A stretch of DNA of 64,000 nt, from positions 4,591,376 through 4,655,375 of the forward strand of contig OZ199839.1 in the NCBI GenBank assembly GCA_964304625.1. The letters are read 5' to 3'. Origin of the DNA: Kudoa neothunni. Its lineage: Eukaryota > Animalia > Cnidaria. The position numbers and the translations under genes are program-made. Within the stretch, counting starts at the first letter, position 1; every line of letters starts with the position of its first letter. Below are positions 12,002-26,525 of the stretch, one piece after another. The notes beneath the pieces are model-generated. The model saw only the letters and a list, made by a program, of their open reading frames with translations, was not told the origin of the DNA and did not search any database.

Positions 12002-14714
12002 CCCTCCAAGTATACAGTATTTCTCGATCGAGTTGCAAACATGTTCAATCAAGTTGCGAGCCACTCGCGCATCACAGTATCATGGCGGGCGAACGATCAC
12101 AAACTTCAGAGGGAAATGAATAATTCAACTCAAGTGAAAAAAAATCACTCTATGGTTAGCGCAGAGACCAGGGGGCTGATTGTTATAAAACCGTAAAGTA
12201 TGTCTACTTAAACAAACTTCACTTTATAATTATTAAGACTGGGAAAACAAATCGGCAAATAGGCGGATGACTTTAACCTCCATGAGTCTTCAGTTAGTCG
12301 CATTGTAAAAAACATAATGAAACGGGGTCATTTTTGAGAAAAATAACTGGAGGAGATCGCCGTTCCATTTAAATGAAGAGCACAAACTCATTATTTCTGA
12401 AGTCGACAATAACTGCACGTTGTCTTTGTATCAACTGTGCGAAAAACTTCTGGATCATTTCGAGATCAAAGTATCGAGGCACACAATCCAACGAGCATTA
12501 AACGAATTTCATTACACGCTCAAAAGAATCTCGCTGGTTTCAGCCGATAGAAACTTCCCGCGCACGATTTCATTAAGATATGTGGATGTTATTTTCCCAG
12601 AATTTATTTAAATTAACGATTCTAGATATGTGAATGAGTATATCAGACTGGACCAAATTATACCGACATGATCTTTATAGATGAGTCTTGATTTTCATTG
12701 GCGACCTCGGCGATCTCAAGGAAGATCTGCTTCTGGGGCAAGAGCTAATTTCAAAGCGAAAACCATAAGATCGCAAAATATTACCTTAATTGCCGCAATG
12801 AGCAACACCAAAATTTGTAGATTTAAGTTTCTCAAGGCGGTGAAATCAGACAGTTTTTTCCCAGTTTTTGGAAGAGCTATTCGAAACTTTATCTCAGGAT
12901 GTGATCAAAAAATGCGTGTTATTAATGGACAACGTCGCTTTTCATAAAACCGAAAGTGTAAGAACGCCCATTGAAAACAGCGTGCATAAATTACTATTGC
13001 TACCTCCGTATTCACCCTTTTTGAACCCGATCGAAGAAGTTATTGCTCAAATTAAATCGATTGTGAAAAGGAGATCATCGAAAAATCATGAGGAATTAAT
13101 AGAATCCATAGAGAAAAGTCCCGAGGAGATATCATCGGCATGTTGTCAAAATTATGTGAAACACCCCAAGTCTTACTTCGCTGCTGCTCTTCAAAAAGAA
13201 CATATTAACAATTAGAAATTATTCGGAACATACAATATTAACTTACTTTTTTCGTGTAGCTTAGAGATAATACTTAATCTGTGAGAAAATTTCATGTTGT
13301 TTTGACATATTTGTAATTAAACTGAGTATAAGGAAAAGGTGCGCGAATGGCTTGCAACTTGCTCGAGAAATACTGTAATTGGGGTCTTTTGGACCCCAGG
13401 CGACATTAGTTATCACTTTTCTACCACATCGACTTGTGAGAATTTTTAGCAGTCAATCTATTCTTCTAAAATGTTCCGTAGTAAAATTCCATTAATTACA
13501 AAAATTTTTCGTTCCGTATAGAAAAAGCTAATGTAAAAATACCTCCAAAGTAGAAAGTAAAATTGGGTTTTTTTGGACCCTACGATTTTTTATCCAATTA
13601 TCCAAAATATTGATTTAAATGTTTGGGGAAACTTTGAAAAAATTCTATTGAGTAAAATACGTTTTTATTGCATGAATATCATATCTTAATCTTCATCGCG
13701 CATGTACCATAATTAATTTCAGGGATGTTCAAGTGTTCTTAATAGTAATTACTCCGATACCGAGTCTTCAGATTCATTTTCTTCATTTCACTCATGATTA
13801 TTTATCGTTAGAAAAATTTGATATTGATACAGATATACAACTTAACTCATTAATACACAAGAACGGAGCGTTATGGTCGATGAACCCGCCGTTGGCATCC
13901 AGAGCATGTATTGCAAATATTATGAATAGTAGTCGTCCTGATGTCTCTCCTTTGTTATTACAAAATACAATTGATACCTTCAAAATAATATTTAGTTTTG
14001 TTATGTACGCTAGTATTTTAAAATATACCAGTATATGGGTAGAAAAATTGTTGGTGATAGATGGATCGAATCGGATGGGTTCATTAGCTGTTTATTTCTT
14101 ATGGGATATCACAGGGATTATCAAGAATCGATTAAAGAGATGTTTGGGTTAGAAGAAGGAAAGATATATCGTGATTTAATCTGATTACATAAATTTCTCC
14201 GAATAATGCGAGTTTCACATTTTGATGGTATGGAAAATATTGAGATAACAAAATAATCTGGAAATTTTTCCCATGTTGGTGAACTACGGCATGTTTAGAT
14301 GGATTTATTATGCGTCGTTTCCGCCATAATGAACATTTCTAGTGTATCTATGTTACCTGTTTTATGCAATAGTCTATGCCAGGATTATGATTTTTTGGTC
14401 GCTTTAAGCACAAATTAAATAAAGAATTAATTTTTCTAAATGAGCTGAACTTTAGGTTATGTTTATAGACAATATGTGATCTCAAAAGTAACACATACGA
14501 TGTGGCTAAAATATTTCTTTATCATTCGCACATGCATACACAATATTACATGATATCATTTATGAAATTACCGAATATATAATATATAAAATATTTTAAA
14601 AACTTCTAAAAATACTTATTATCATCTTTTCAAATATTTTATCAAATAAAAACGTGGGGTCTTTTGGACCCCAATTATACTTGGAGGGTGTAAATTTTCA
14701 AGTGACTTAGAAGG
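12002..14714 (+). mobile_element. Internally deleted piggyBac element
   Basis: ccctccaagtataattggggtc (interrupted by a Tc1) versus gaccccaattatacttggaggg...agg|TTAA. Region 13733-14230 translates like the N-terminal half of the 5410..6003 transposase. Confidence 0.8.
12015..13375 (+). mobile_element. Tc1/IS630-like DD34E element with two mini-introns, inserted in a piggyBac TIR
   Basis: TA|cagtatttctcga ... tcgagaaatactg|TA. DNVAFH-34 aa-E and YSPFLNPIE. Introns at 12198-12237 and ~12584-12625. Confidence 0.92.
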
Positions 14715-14772
14715 TTAAACAATGTATATTACAAATTTGTACAATTTTTATGAGCCAACTAATGCATCCAAG

Positions 14773-16011
14773 CAGGGGTCGGCAACCGATATGACCGGAA
14801 GAGCCAATTATTGATGGGGGACAAAATTTTTCTACTTCTGGAGTCGCACATTAAATATAGGCTTGAAAATAAAAATATTAACATTAACCTTTGAAAACGA
14901 TTGAACATACATTCCAGAAAAATACGAGGAAAATTATCGAATTAGGGTATCTATGCGGTTTTCTATAACTAATAACTCATTATTTTAATTGTTAATGTTT
15001 CTAATGCAGAAGGAAAAAATATAAATATACATTTGAATTTTTCTGATTCCTTCAAGTAATATAGTAGTTTTGTTTTCAATAATTTCCATTATGATAAATT
15101 ATAAATTCTACCATTAACCTCTATCCAACAAGTATACGATAAAAAAATTAACCTTCATGAATATTACCGTCAACAACAAGAAAATTTTAACTATATAATT
15201 TAATCTTTTAAAATCGAAAGAATGACTTACTTTTTATGTATTTCCATCAATCAAATTATTTCTGCGCCTTTTATCTGTGGGTTTCTTCGCAGTAAAACTA
15301 AGGAACGTTTAGTATTACGAGAGAATTCTTTTTAATGGATAAAATTTAATGAAAAGGTATGTATAACTATTTCTTTACGTAAAAAAATTTCCGGAGAAAA
15401 ATTTTTAAACCGAACAAACTATCAAAACTTCCTTAAGTCCAATTTAAAGGTTTAAAAAAAGTTGAGCATATAAATAAATAAGACGTATTTTGTATAACGC
15501 TCGGAAACTTTATTTTTAAGGAGTCTCAATTTAATATTAACCTTTTTATATGTGAGAAATTTTAAATAATGATAAAAATAATTATTTAATTTAAAAACAT
15601 GGAATAAATGGGAACATTTAGAGTTATTGCCTCATTAATAATTGTAGGTGTGAGAACAATGTTTTATGAGAAATTTTTAATATTTATAAATTATTTGTTT
15701 TTTCTGAATCTTTTATTTATATTTAACTTGTAAGTTGGAAATAAAGAAAATTAGTTCAAGTTGCTGATGTTGAGTACCATACATACATACATACATACAT
15801 TCATTACTTATTCGTTTCAGTTAAAAATGGTGTATGTCTAATGATGATTTAAGATTCGAACGTAATAGTGAGTTCAACAACTAGGAATTATATAACTTCT
15901 TCGCGTTTTAATCTTAGACATTGAGTTTTATATTATGCACGAAAGATAAGGAACCGCACTTAGACCTTAAAGAACCACATGCTGCTCGCAAATCGCAGGT
16001 TGCCGACCCTG
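14773..16011. mobile_element. Non-autonomous hAT element
   Basis: caggggtcggcaacc ... ggttgccgaccctg with 8-bp TSD catccaag/catccatg. Confidence 0.85.
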
Positions 16012-16913
16012 CATCCATGATTTATCTAACACACATCTGAAAAAATTCTTTCATTAATACTGAGTTTATATTTATGTTGATTTAAGTTGATAAATTAAAA
16101 TCTTCATGTAATTATTTAACTTTAATTATTGTAAACCAACAGACCGAAAAAAATACTTTTTGTAACTTGCCACAATATCCATTATTTACACAAAATTAAT
16201 AAGAAAATTAAACAAAAAAATCGGGAAATAACTGCTAGAAATGTTAGAAATAAATCGATAATCTAAAAAATTATAAAAAGTGCACACATCCTTCATCACA
16301 TTAACATATTGTATTGACGAAAAATGTAATAAAGCCGATTATTATTATTATTACCATTGTTGGTCATTAAAAAAAATTATTCGATGATATGCATCAAAAT
16401 CTAGGTATAAATTATTTTGCTCTCACGAATAAATTATGGATGAAAAAATTGGGTGACATTTTTATAAGGGTAAGGTTAAATTGCATCTTTCACATCCAAA
16501 AAGTTGTGTTAATGGGTGTGGAATGCCAACTAACCGATGATCCACTCTAATTCCAGGGGTTTATTTTATATAAAAATTTTATAACTAAAAAAATGAGCAT
16601 AAAGCTGGAACATATGTATATAATATTTGTTGAATGAATAAAATTAATGTGGAGACAATTTATTTATAGACAATCCTATTTTATTTTTTCCTTATCAATA
16701 GTTTTATAAGTATCAATAGGTTATGAACTATCAAACAGTATATTATTCTCAATAACATATTTACAACTGTGTTAGAAATTAATAAAATCTAAACACAATA
16801 CATTACCCCATATGCATAAGATTTGTGCTCGTATCAGGGATTAACTTCTTATCAATGGTAAAGTTGATGCGATTTTATTTGAGTTTACAGTTGTTCGTAG
16901 AGTGGATCTTAAG

Positions 16914-19900
16914 ATGGATTCGTCATCAAAATCATTATTTAAGCTTGTTACACCTATTTTTGCTAAAAAAGAAGTAATGAATTCAATGTGGTTTTCAGAT
17001 TTTTATATTATATAGAATTGTACATTCAATCACTCAATTTTTGACCCCCCTAACTATTTTCCTGGTAACACAATTCATGCAAGTCCCAAATGGATTGTAT
17101 GGATATCAGGTATCTGAATTGTTTTCAGTTATTTAATTTAATGATAATGATGTTAGATATGGAAGGTTTCAAAGTTGTTCCATTAATAACCGTGTCTTCC
17201 ATCCTAGAGAAGCTACCCGTGTTCGGTTTTGCACGACCTCATCAGGGTATAGGCCTAATCAGTATATCTATATGCTTGGAGGCTAATGTTGGTGATTTTA
17301 GGCGCATTAACTAATGTGGAATTCAGCCCTTTCAATGATAACTATTTAATGACATCGTCCACTGATCGTTATGTAATCAGTCTTATAAAATACCATCATA
17401 TGACAAATATTATTAAACTGGTTCAGGTAAAATTTTGGGAGATTGACGGAGAAGAGGAACTTATTAAGAGAATTGGTTTCGTTGACATGAAAGTAGTTAA
17501 ATAAATTGTTTTTTCTTAAATAACCACTGATAGGATCAAGTGTTGTTGTCAGAGTTCCACCCTACAGTTGAAAATGTGAAACTTTTCTTCGAATCATTTT
17601 CATCTATCTCATCTATGTAGTTTGTATCCGGCATTTGTAAACAAGGAAAGGTCCATTTTGCTGACAACAAAAATAACATATACAATGGTAATGACACAGC
17701 TTTTCCTCAATTATTTCGAAATCCTTGCAGAAATAGATACAAATATTTCTGGAGATGAATTTAGTTCAATGAACTGGAAAAGAGATGGTTCTATCCTATC
17801 CCTTTTAACTAGAGTACTCTATGAATAACCTATATATCTATATGCTATTGTTGTTTAGAAGGGTTGCGTATTAAATATAGACCCGAGGAAAAAATCGATT
17901 GTAGAAGTAATTAGATGATCCCTTGTTGTGTTTTCATAATATAAACGAATTTAGACATTCAATACGGATTCGGCAGATGGCACGGTTGTATGGACAGAAA
18001 AAGGAAATTCCATTCTGTTGTTTGGAAAGGTATTGAATAATGCGACAATACCGTAGACTTTTGAAAATTAGAATGGACAAAACAATTGCGTTGAAGTTAG
18101 AGATCCCAGAAACCTAAAGAACCCAATCAGCTCACTAACTCTTGGAGATTCGTCAGGGTAACCGTGCATTCAGATTTATTATCAGAACTCTTAAAATAAA
18201 CTTTTTAAATTTCTTATAAAATTTAACATTGTATTATTTTACATGATTATAGAGATATTATTCCTCATTTCGACCAAGATACTGGTGTAATGATATGTTC
18301 TTATAAGGTGATTAATGTCCATAGACTATTTTCTGAGCTTTTCTAGAATCAGAAAATTAGTAGTGTTGCACAGCTTGAAGAAAACGGCAATATTTCTATG
18401 AGTATCTTGGTATATTTCATGTGGTTTTACAAAGTTTCGTAGTCAAAGAAATTACTTTCACCGAACCAACAGTTGGTTGTGCAACCGCTCCAAAATTCAG
18501 CTTAAACGTTATGTCTGCGGAAATTATTCGTCTCATTCAACTGAACTCAAAAGGAATATCTCCATATGCGTTTAGCATTCCCTCAAAAGTTGATCCTTGT
18601 TACAGGTTAGTATTTATTTCGGCTTAGGATTATTCCAAGTTTCGCCCTGATTTATTCCCAGAGACGTCTGCCAGAGAGCCTGCACTTTCGCTAGACAATT
18701 GGCTTAGTGGAGCAAACAAAACAGTAGAAAATATTCATCATTTAATTTATTAATGGTGGTTTATAGTTGAAAAAAGTCTCGCTTGATCCCACAACTAAGG
18801 AATCTTGTATTCAATTAACAGATGCAGAATCTCTCTCAAATCAAGTGATTTCTGTCCACTAGTTATTTTCATTCTTATTTTTTTAGCAAACTTCTGATGC
18901 AAATAGCAGTAAATTAATAAATAATTGCACATAGACATACTTTCTTGCCTAGTTTCGGACTACACCGGTATCGATTACGATAAATGCAATGGCTACAAAC
19001 TAGATATGGATAAATACTCTAAATTCAGATACATCGATTCTAGTCCATATCCCAAAACTACCAGTTTTAAAGCTTTCAATCAAATATTCATTGCAACGTC
19101 TGGGGAAAGCACAGGTGTTGCTTGTGTTAAAAACACGCTGGTTGTCCCTATTGCAGGTCGAGGTGGAAAACTAGGTGTTCTTAAGGTAATTTATTGCATT
19201 AGCTTTCAGTGAATGATAGCACTGATTTCATAGCTATCAAACCCTCACAGGGTTCCATCAACTGGCCCAATTAATGTGGAAAATGGTGGAATAGTGAACG
19301 ATTTTGTACTTGACCCCTTCGATGAACAAATTCTTGTTGCAGGTAATATTTTCCAACTTTTCATTAATTTTATCGGGTTTTTTTAGTTTGTGAAAATAGT
19401 AAAATGAATGTTTGGAAAATACCTGAAGACGGCCTTACTGAAAATACAACAACACCTTTGAAAGTTATGAAGGATCACAAAAACCGAGCAACTTTCCTCA
19501 AATATCATCAAATGGCCAAAAATGTAGTTGCTTCAGCGGATGTTGTGGGAAAGATCAAAATATGGGATCTCGACCAGGGAGTTTCACCTCTTCAATGCAT
19601 CAATAAGACAGAATCACAGGTTCCCTTCCTTTACGTGTTATCCTACTTGATAGATGATAATTTTTAGATCACGAGTATGTCATGGGAACCAAATGGTTCA
19701 TCAATTGTTTCCACAGCAATGGATAGGAATTTGTATATATTCGACCCTAGAAATGGAGGTGAAGCAGTTAAAGTACCTTCTAATTGTTCTATTAAGCTTT
19801 TATAAATGATATAAGAGTGCATCGTGTTTGCAAGCTCCTATCGGTACCAAAATTGAGTGGATTGATGATCGTCTTTTACTTGTTTCCACCTTAAAAGCGT

Positions 19901-20762
19901 AATAATACTTTCAGTGATACTAGTCATCTTAACATAAATTGTATTTTAGTGATGGTAGACAAGTTCTCAAAAAGATAGATTTAAGAAATCCTGATAAAAC
20001 CTTAGCTGAATTAGTCGGTGAAGGTTCACCGTCGCCTTACATTTTATTTTACGATCGTGACATAAACGTAGCGTTTGGATTTAACAAAGTATTCTAAAAT
20101 AATTTTGGACTATTTATATAATAAATAATATTAGGGTGGAAATACTATTCAACCAATAGAGCTTAGAGAAGATGGATGTGGTTTCTTTTTGTGTGATCCT
20201 TTCAAATCTTTCCATCCTCATCAAACTGTTGCATTCCTCAGAAAAGATGCTCTTAATGTACGTAACATTGAAATCGCTAAAAGTATTCGTATACTGGCTA
20301 ACACTACTGAATTGGTTCAACACAAGCTTCTTCGATCCAACGTAATGCTTTGCTGAATTGTCAAAATTTTTATTTAAATAGGAAGAATATTTCCAAGATG
20401 ATATTTTTCCACCGACTTTTGAAACTTGGAAATCATCAATGACAGCCGCTGACTGGTTTTCTGGTAAGAATACTCCACTAAATAAAGTCTCCCTCGCTCC
20501 CATCAATATGGTACCATTGAGTCAGGCAAGAGATCTTCTAATTTCAACAAGCAAAAAATATGACAGTCGTGCTGAGTTAGAAAAGGCAAGCCAAACTACT
20601 GATGACAGTTCGAATGTATATTATAACACAAATATAAAATGATATGTAAAATGAAATATTAAGGTTATATCCCAGTTTATGAACAAAATCAACGAACATC
20701 AAGAAAAAGCTTTGCCACAAGACGCTATGGAAGGATTATCTGATTCAGAATGGAATGACTAA
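16914..20762 (+). CDS. CORO7: Coronin-7 (tandem coronin), about 20 or more short introns
   Basis: Two coronin repeats (VEFSPFNDNYL, EFHPT, MNWKRDGS, DPR, IIRLIQL, DLFPET; SKFRY, DFVLDPFD, KYHQMA, SWEPNG, FQDDIFPPT). Acidic C-terminal tail LPQDAMEGLSDSEWND* is typical of CORO7. GT-AG introns. Confidence 0.93.
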
Positions 20763-21931
20763 ATATTTTATCAAGCTTAAATTTTAAAAAATCTTTAACT
20801 GGTATACGTTTACAATAATTATCGGAGAAATTTTTAATATTTATTTATCAATCAAATATATTTCCTGCATAAATTATCTATGTTAATTCACACAGAGTTA
20901 AAATTTATAAATTTTGTATAAAACATGTTTTCTATGTAATTGATTCCACGTAAAAATTAGTTTACTATTATCATAAAATTATAAAGAGTTGCTGAGAACT
21001 GTGGGATTCTATCAATAGTATTCATGTGCGTGTCTGTCCATCATGGTACAATCATTTTTAACTTCTTTAACCCTTCCCGCACCAATCATTTTGAGAAACC
21101 GCATGTGCCAAAGGGGGGGGGGGGTCTCGCGAAGCCCCAGTAAAAATAGAACTTAAACTTAATTAAATTACATTAAACTCGTACACTTAAAAGTAAACAT
21201 AACAGTGAACTGATTGATGTTACAATTATTATGTAATTTCTTGATTGTCAATAAATATCTAAATTTTGGTGATTTGGTAGTTCGCGAGAGTTACACTTGA
21301 ATAAGAACATTATATACTTTAATGTGTGCATATATTTTTAATGCATGCAAAATTTAATTTTGTTTTAAAATTAAAGACATTATGGAATCAATAATTAAAA
21401 AGTAAATGAGGCACAACACTACGCAATACTTGGACGTTTTATCGGTAACACTCGGCTGCCACATGATGGTGAATGATCTTAAGATTAAGAAGTTCGACAT
21501 ATCTTTTAAATTAACCCTCGAAGGACCGTGCTCAAAAAACTTACGCGTGTAACCATGAGGGTACCTCGGGCACCCCAGAAGTTTTCTATGATCCCGATTG
21601 TATTTTCTCTTAATTTCTTAAATTTACAAATAGTATATTTATGACTATTAAAAATGATATCCGGATAATCAAATTAATAAGTGAATCAATAGGAAATTTC
21701 AATAAACATTACCAACATAATCTCTTACAATCTATCTTTATCTTATTGATAAGTTATAAGATAGACGCAAATACTTAAAATGTTTTTCAATCGGTGAGAG
21801 ATAAAATAGATGCTTCCCGGTTATTTTTTTCGCAAAAATAATACCACAAACGGCAACGCGTCCCATGGGTTACACAGACGGTTAAGCTCGGTAATCTCTA
21901 CGTTGATTGGTGGATTATATTTGACCTAATC

Positions 21932-24353
21932 CAGGGGTCTCCAAACTACGGCTCCGGGCCAAATCCGACCTGCGGACGTTTCCATAATGACGTGTAAAAT
22001 TTGGTTAATTAGTGTTACTATGCTATTAAATGGTACATAACGCGCGTAAAAATTGTCTTGTTAGATTCATTGTTAAGTTCTTTCCGAATAATCGTTATTG
22101 TTATTATCAAATTTAATCATAAACATTAAAAATTTTGCATTCTCGGTACTTGTATAGTAATATTATCCATTATTCGTATTACAAATATCACGATATTTAA
22201 AGATATATTTATATAAAAATCGTGATTTTTTCAGGAAACTTCCTAATATTGATTTAAATATGGAATCTTTGATTGGTTAAATAACAGTCTAATGGCACAT
22301 GTAACAACAAGGGTTTTCAATCATTCTTGCGGATCTATGTTTGTTTTCACGTTCTGTGTCTCTTTGATTTATCGTTTTGAAATGGCGGATTATGGAAGAA
22401 GGAGAAAAATTGACCTTGAATGTCGAATGTTTAACGATAAGTAGAATACAGAGTGCTTTGTTACTAAATCGGGCAACAAAGCAATATGTGTTATTTGTGA
22501 CAACACTATCGCAATACTGAAAGAATTTAATATTCGCAGACATTACGAGACAAACCATTTGTCGGAGTATTCAAAATACAATGGAATTATTCGTACCGAG
22601 AAGTTCAGAACATTAAAAAATAAATTGTTGTCGAGACAATTGATCTTCAAAAAAATTGCCCATGAAAATGAAGCGGTCACAAGAGCTAGTTTTCGCGTGG
22701 CCTATTGGTTAGCTAAAAAGGGGAAACCATTTTCTGATGGTGAAATTTTCAAGGAAGCTCTAAAGGACGTGGGGAACGAGGTATGTCCGTAAAAAGCCAT
22801 CTAATTTTCTGAGGTAAGTCTTTCGGGAAACATAATAAGTCGTAGAGTGGAAAATATTGGTGAAAATATTATTTCGCAATTACGAGATAAAATAGAGAAA
22901 TTTATCTGCTTTTCTATCGCATTGGATGAATCCACTGATATTTTAAACACCTCTCAACTTTTATTTTTCATTAATGGGGTAAATATCGATTTGGAAGTTA
23001 CAAAGGAACTCCTCTCCGCACATAACATGCATAGAACTACAAGGGGTCTCGATCTATTTAACGAGATTGAAAAGTCATTCCAAAATTTCAACCTAAACTG
23101 GAATAAACTTATGTGCATCACTATTGATGCGGGTAGAAATATGAGTAGAAAAACAAAAGGCTTAGTTGAACAAATATATAAAGCTGTCGAAAACTCCGGT
23201 GGACAAAAACCTTTGGCTCTTCAATGTATTATTCATCAACAAGCTCTCTGTGGAAAGAATATGGACCTGTCATCAGTATAAAATCCCGTTGTTTCCATTG
23301 TTAATTTTATCCGGTCACATGGACTCCATCATAGACAATTTAAAGAATTTTTAAAAGATTCAAATACAGAATACTTTGATTTTCCGTATTACACAAAGGT
23401 GAGATGGCTTAGCTGTGGAAAGGTTTTAAGTCGATTCTTTGACTTAAGGGCAGAAATTGGTTTTTTTCTTACTGAACATAATAATCTTCTAAATTTGTTA
23501 AAAAATGATGGTTGGCTCTGGAAATTGACTTTTTTTGCAGATTTGACAGTACATCTGAACGATTTCAATTTTAAATTGCAAGGCGAAACATTGTTAATAA
23601 ACGATGTTTATTCAATAGTGAAAGCGTTTCGACAGAAATAGATTTTATTTAATTCACAGTTAAATAATAACTGTTCCACTCATTTTCACGTTGTAAAAAA
23701 TACACCTGACAAAGTAATGTATTTTTTCCAACTGTTTCCTCCCGAGACACTCTTCCCAATTTAATGCAGCAGTTTGATGAGCGTTTCCTCGAATATTTTA
23801 ATATTCGAAAATCCTGTTGGATGTCACATCTACCAATTACCTGCGGAGCTGCAAATGGAAGTCATTGACCTTCAAGCAAATGAAATATACAAACGTAAAT
23901 ATAATGAAAATAATTTATTACAATTTTCTAAGCTTTTGCCTCGTCGTGATTTTTCGAATCTTTTATCTTTCGCTAGTAAATATATTTCAATATTTGCTAC
24001 AATTTATTTGTGCGAGAAATCATTTTCAAAAATAAAATATGTGAAATCTGTATACAGAACACAGTTGTCTGACGGTCACTTAAATTCAATATTGCTGATA
24101 GGGACGTCAAAGTTCACACCACAATGGGATATTATTATATCAGATCTGAAACAACTTCACTCTTCACACAAAGGAAGATAAACTTATTATTGTTTCCGTT
24201 TCACTTATTTATTTTTATTATTTCGCCTCTAAGAATTTTTTATGCGCACTTTCTAGATTTTCAAGTTTTGTTGGTTTAAATTTTCACTGCGGCCCTCGGA
24301 TTGATATCAACAATTTAATGTGGCCCTAGCCTCGAAAAGTTTGCAGACCCCTG
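21932..24353 (+). mobile_element. Buster/GTF2IRD2-type hAT element, decayed transposase
   Basis: caggggtctccaaact ... agtttgcagacccctg. ORF pieces FSIALDESTD, QCIIHQ, RWLSCGKVL and YLCEKSFS. Degenerate nnnTAnnn TSD. Confidence 0.92.
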
Positions 24354-24516
24354 ATGTAGTCTTCAACATTATTTTTATTATTTGTTGAGAACAACAAATT
24401 TAATTTATTAGGAAAAGCAACAAAACGTAGGATATCAATCGGATTAGTTGTCGCTAATCTATAGCGGCAATCTTCTGAGATTATTGTCGTTATTTTCATA
24501 CACATGTAATGTTTAA

Positions 24517-26525
24517 CCCTGCCTGCCCGAAGCGGGGTCACTCAGGGACCCCAAAATAACCATTTTGTTTATAATTTCAAACACGTTTAATTTTCGATTG
24601 TAAAATTTCCTGAATTCCTCTATAAAGATATAAGGCTTCTATTTAAATATTTGTATATATAATTTTGTTTAATTATAATAAATAGTTTTCGCTTTTAAAA
24701 TGACGTCTTACATATTTTTTAAGAAATAATGCCAATCTCATCTCCTATTTTATTTCATAACTACATTAACTTTTCATATTAATTGGAAATATCTTTTTGT
24801 ATCGATATCATGGGTTGAAATCAAATTTAAAGTTACATCGTGATATTTTGGGGGAATTACGAAAGTTAATCCGACATCTGTTTACCAATCTCCCTCGTGT
24901 TAATCCATTTCGATCGAGTTTTATTCTAATTCTGATGAGGTAATTAGTTATGTCAAAAATTTTCTTTTTTTATTTAATTCGATAAAGCACTTATTTTGTA
25001 ATTATGAGAAACGAAACTGATAAATATGTTGAGGATTCCTCTTTCACTGATCGTTATGACACTTCAGAATATGAAATTTCTGAGTCAGATGATACATCCA
25101 CTGAGGATTTTCTTGAGGAAATTAATAGCGATGTTGAAGAAGAAGACTTTTCTGAGGACTTGGACTATTCTTTTGTAACAGAAAATCACGATTTTGAGTT
25201 AGTTTCTCAATCTGGCTTTGAATGGAGTGTAGAACCTCGCACAAAAACAAAGGATCGTTACCATAACAATATTCCTCCTCCATCTTCTGAATTTTTAAGA
25301 GAGTCAGGAAATTTCAACACCATTTTAGAGACCTTTGAATTATTCATTACGGAGGATATTTTGGATATAGCATGTTTAAATTCATACATACTATGGAGTA
25401 AAAAATATCCCGATTGGAAAAAGAACAGTAGAAGTAAGCGACAATACTTTTTGCGCGAATTTTCCATTCAGTTAGCAAAGAGGAATGTTCTTCAGCACCA
25501 GAGTCATTGTAAAAATTTGCCACATTATATAAAATATGGCTTCGACTAATTTGTTGATGAAAGGAATGATTCTTCTCCATCGGAAGTGAATTGGTCGACA
25601 CAGCCAAGTAGGAAATGATGTGCTTTGTGTCCTAGGAACGTAGACAAAAAAACAAAGATGGTTTGTTTCCATTGTCGAAAGTTTGTGTGTGCACGGCACA
25701 GAAATCAAAGAAATATTACGTTTTGTTCCAACTGTAATAATTAATTTTATCATCTAATTGTGCATTATTTAAAACTTTGTTTTTATAACTTTTTTGAAGT
25801 TTTTAACACCAACTAACAATTTAAGAACAAAATTAAGTATACTACTGTTGTCGATTCAATGCGGGTTAATTTTTCAATGAAATCTATGTAAATTAAAAAG
25901 TTGTATTTCTTAGTTTGAATATTTTTATCCATTAATTAGAATTCACTTAAAAAAAAATTTTTTGTTTTACACCTAAAAATTTCAATAAATAATTTGTGTA
26001 TTATTAAAAGTGTGAAATTGTATAAGTACCACGTAAATGGGAAGTAATATAGGATAAGAAATTTGGTATGGTTTAATCTCGATACAAAATAAATATTCGA
26101 TTATATATACCAGATAAATTTCAATTAAATGCAGATATTTTATGAAAATAAGGCTCAAATATTTCGTGATACATACGTCGGATTATGCCGATGATAAACG
26201 AGAAATACGCGCCAGCGGGAGGTGATTCACTGATAACGTTTACATTGTTTAATTTAATTTTCTCGTGTATTTTCACCTTTTCGTTTGATCAGTTTTATAT
26301 ATACGACCGACTAATTAAAATCTGATCAATTTGAATGGGAAAATACCTCGTTTCTTCTTGTTATGCGTTAGCGTGAAAAAAATCATTTTCATGCATCGAG
26401 AGAATTGATTTATTAAATTAAGGTTTTTGAAAATAAAAAATTGATATAGACCGATTTCTCCTGGGATCCCTGAGTGACCCCCCTTCGGACCGCATGTGAT
26501 TTTTTTGCACTCCGTGCAGGGAGGG
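24517..26525 (+). mobile_element. piggyBac deletion derivative with fused N- and C-terminal ORF
   Basis: TTAA|ccctgcctgc ... gcagggaggg|TCAA with ggggtcactcagggacccc palindromes. ORF 25004..25549 joins the acidic N-terminus to DIACLNSYILW. Cys-rich remnant at 25615-25740. Confidence 0.85.

Noticed and set aside
21113-21124. Poly-G run as a G-quadruplex element
   Set aside because: It is a slippage expansion of the GGGG arm of a piggyBac subterminal palindrome.
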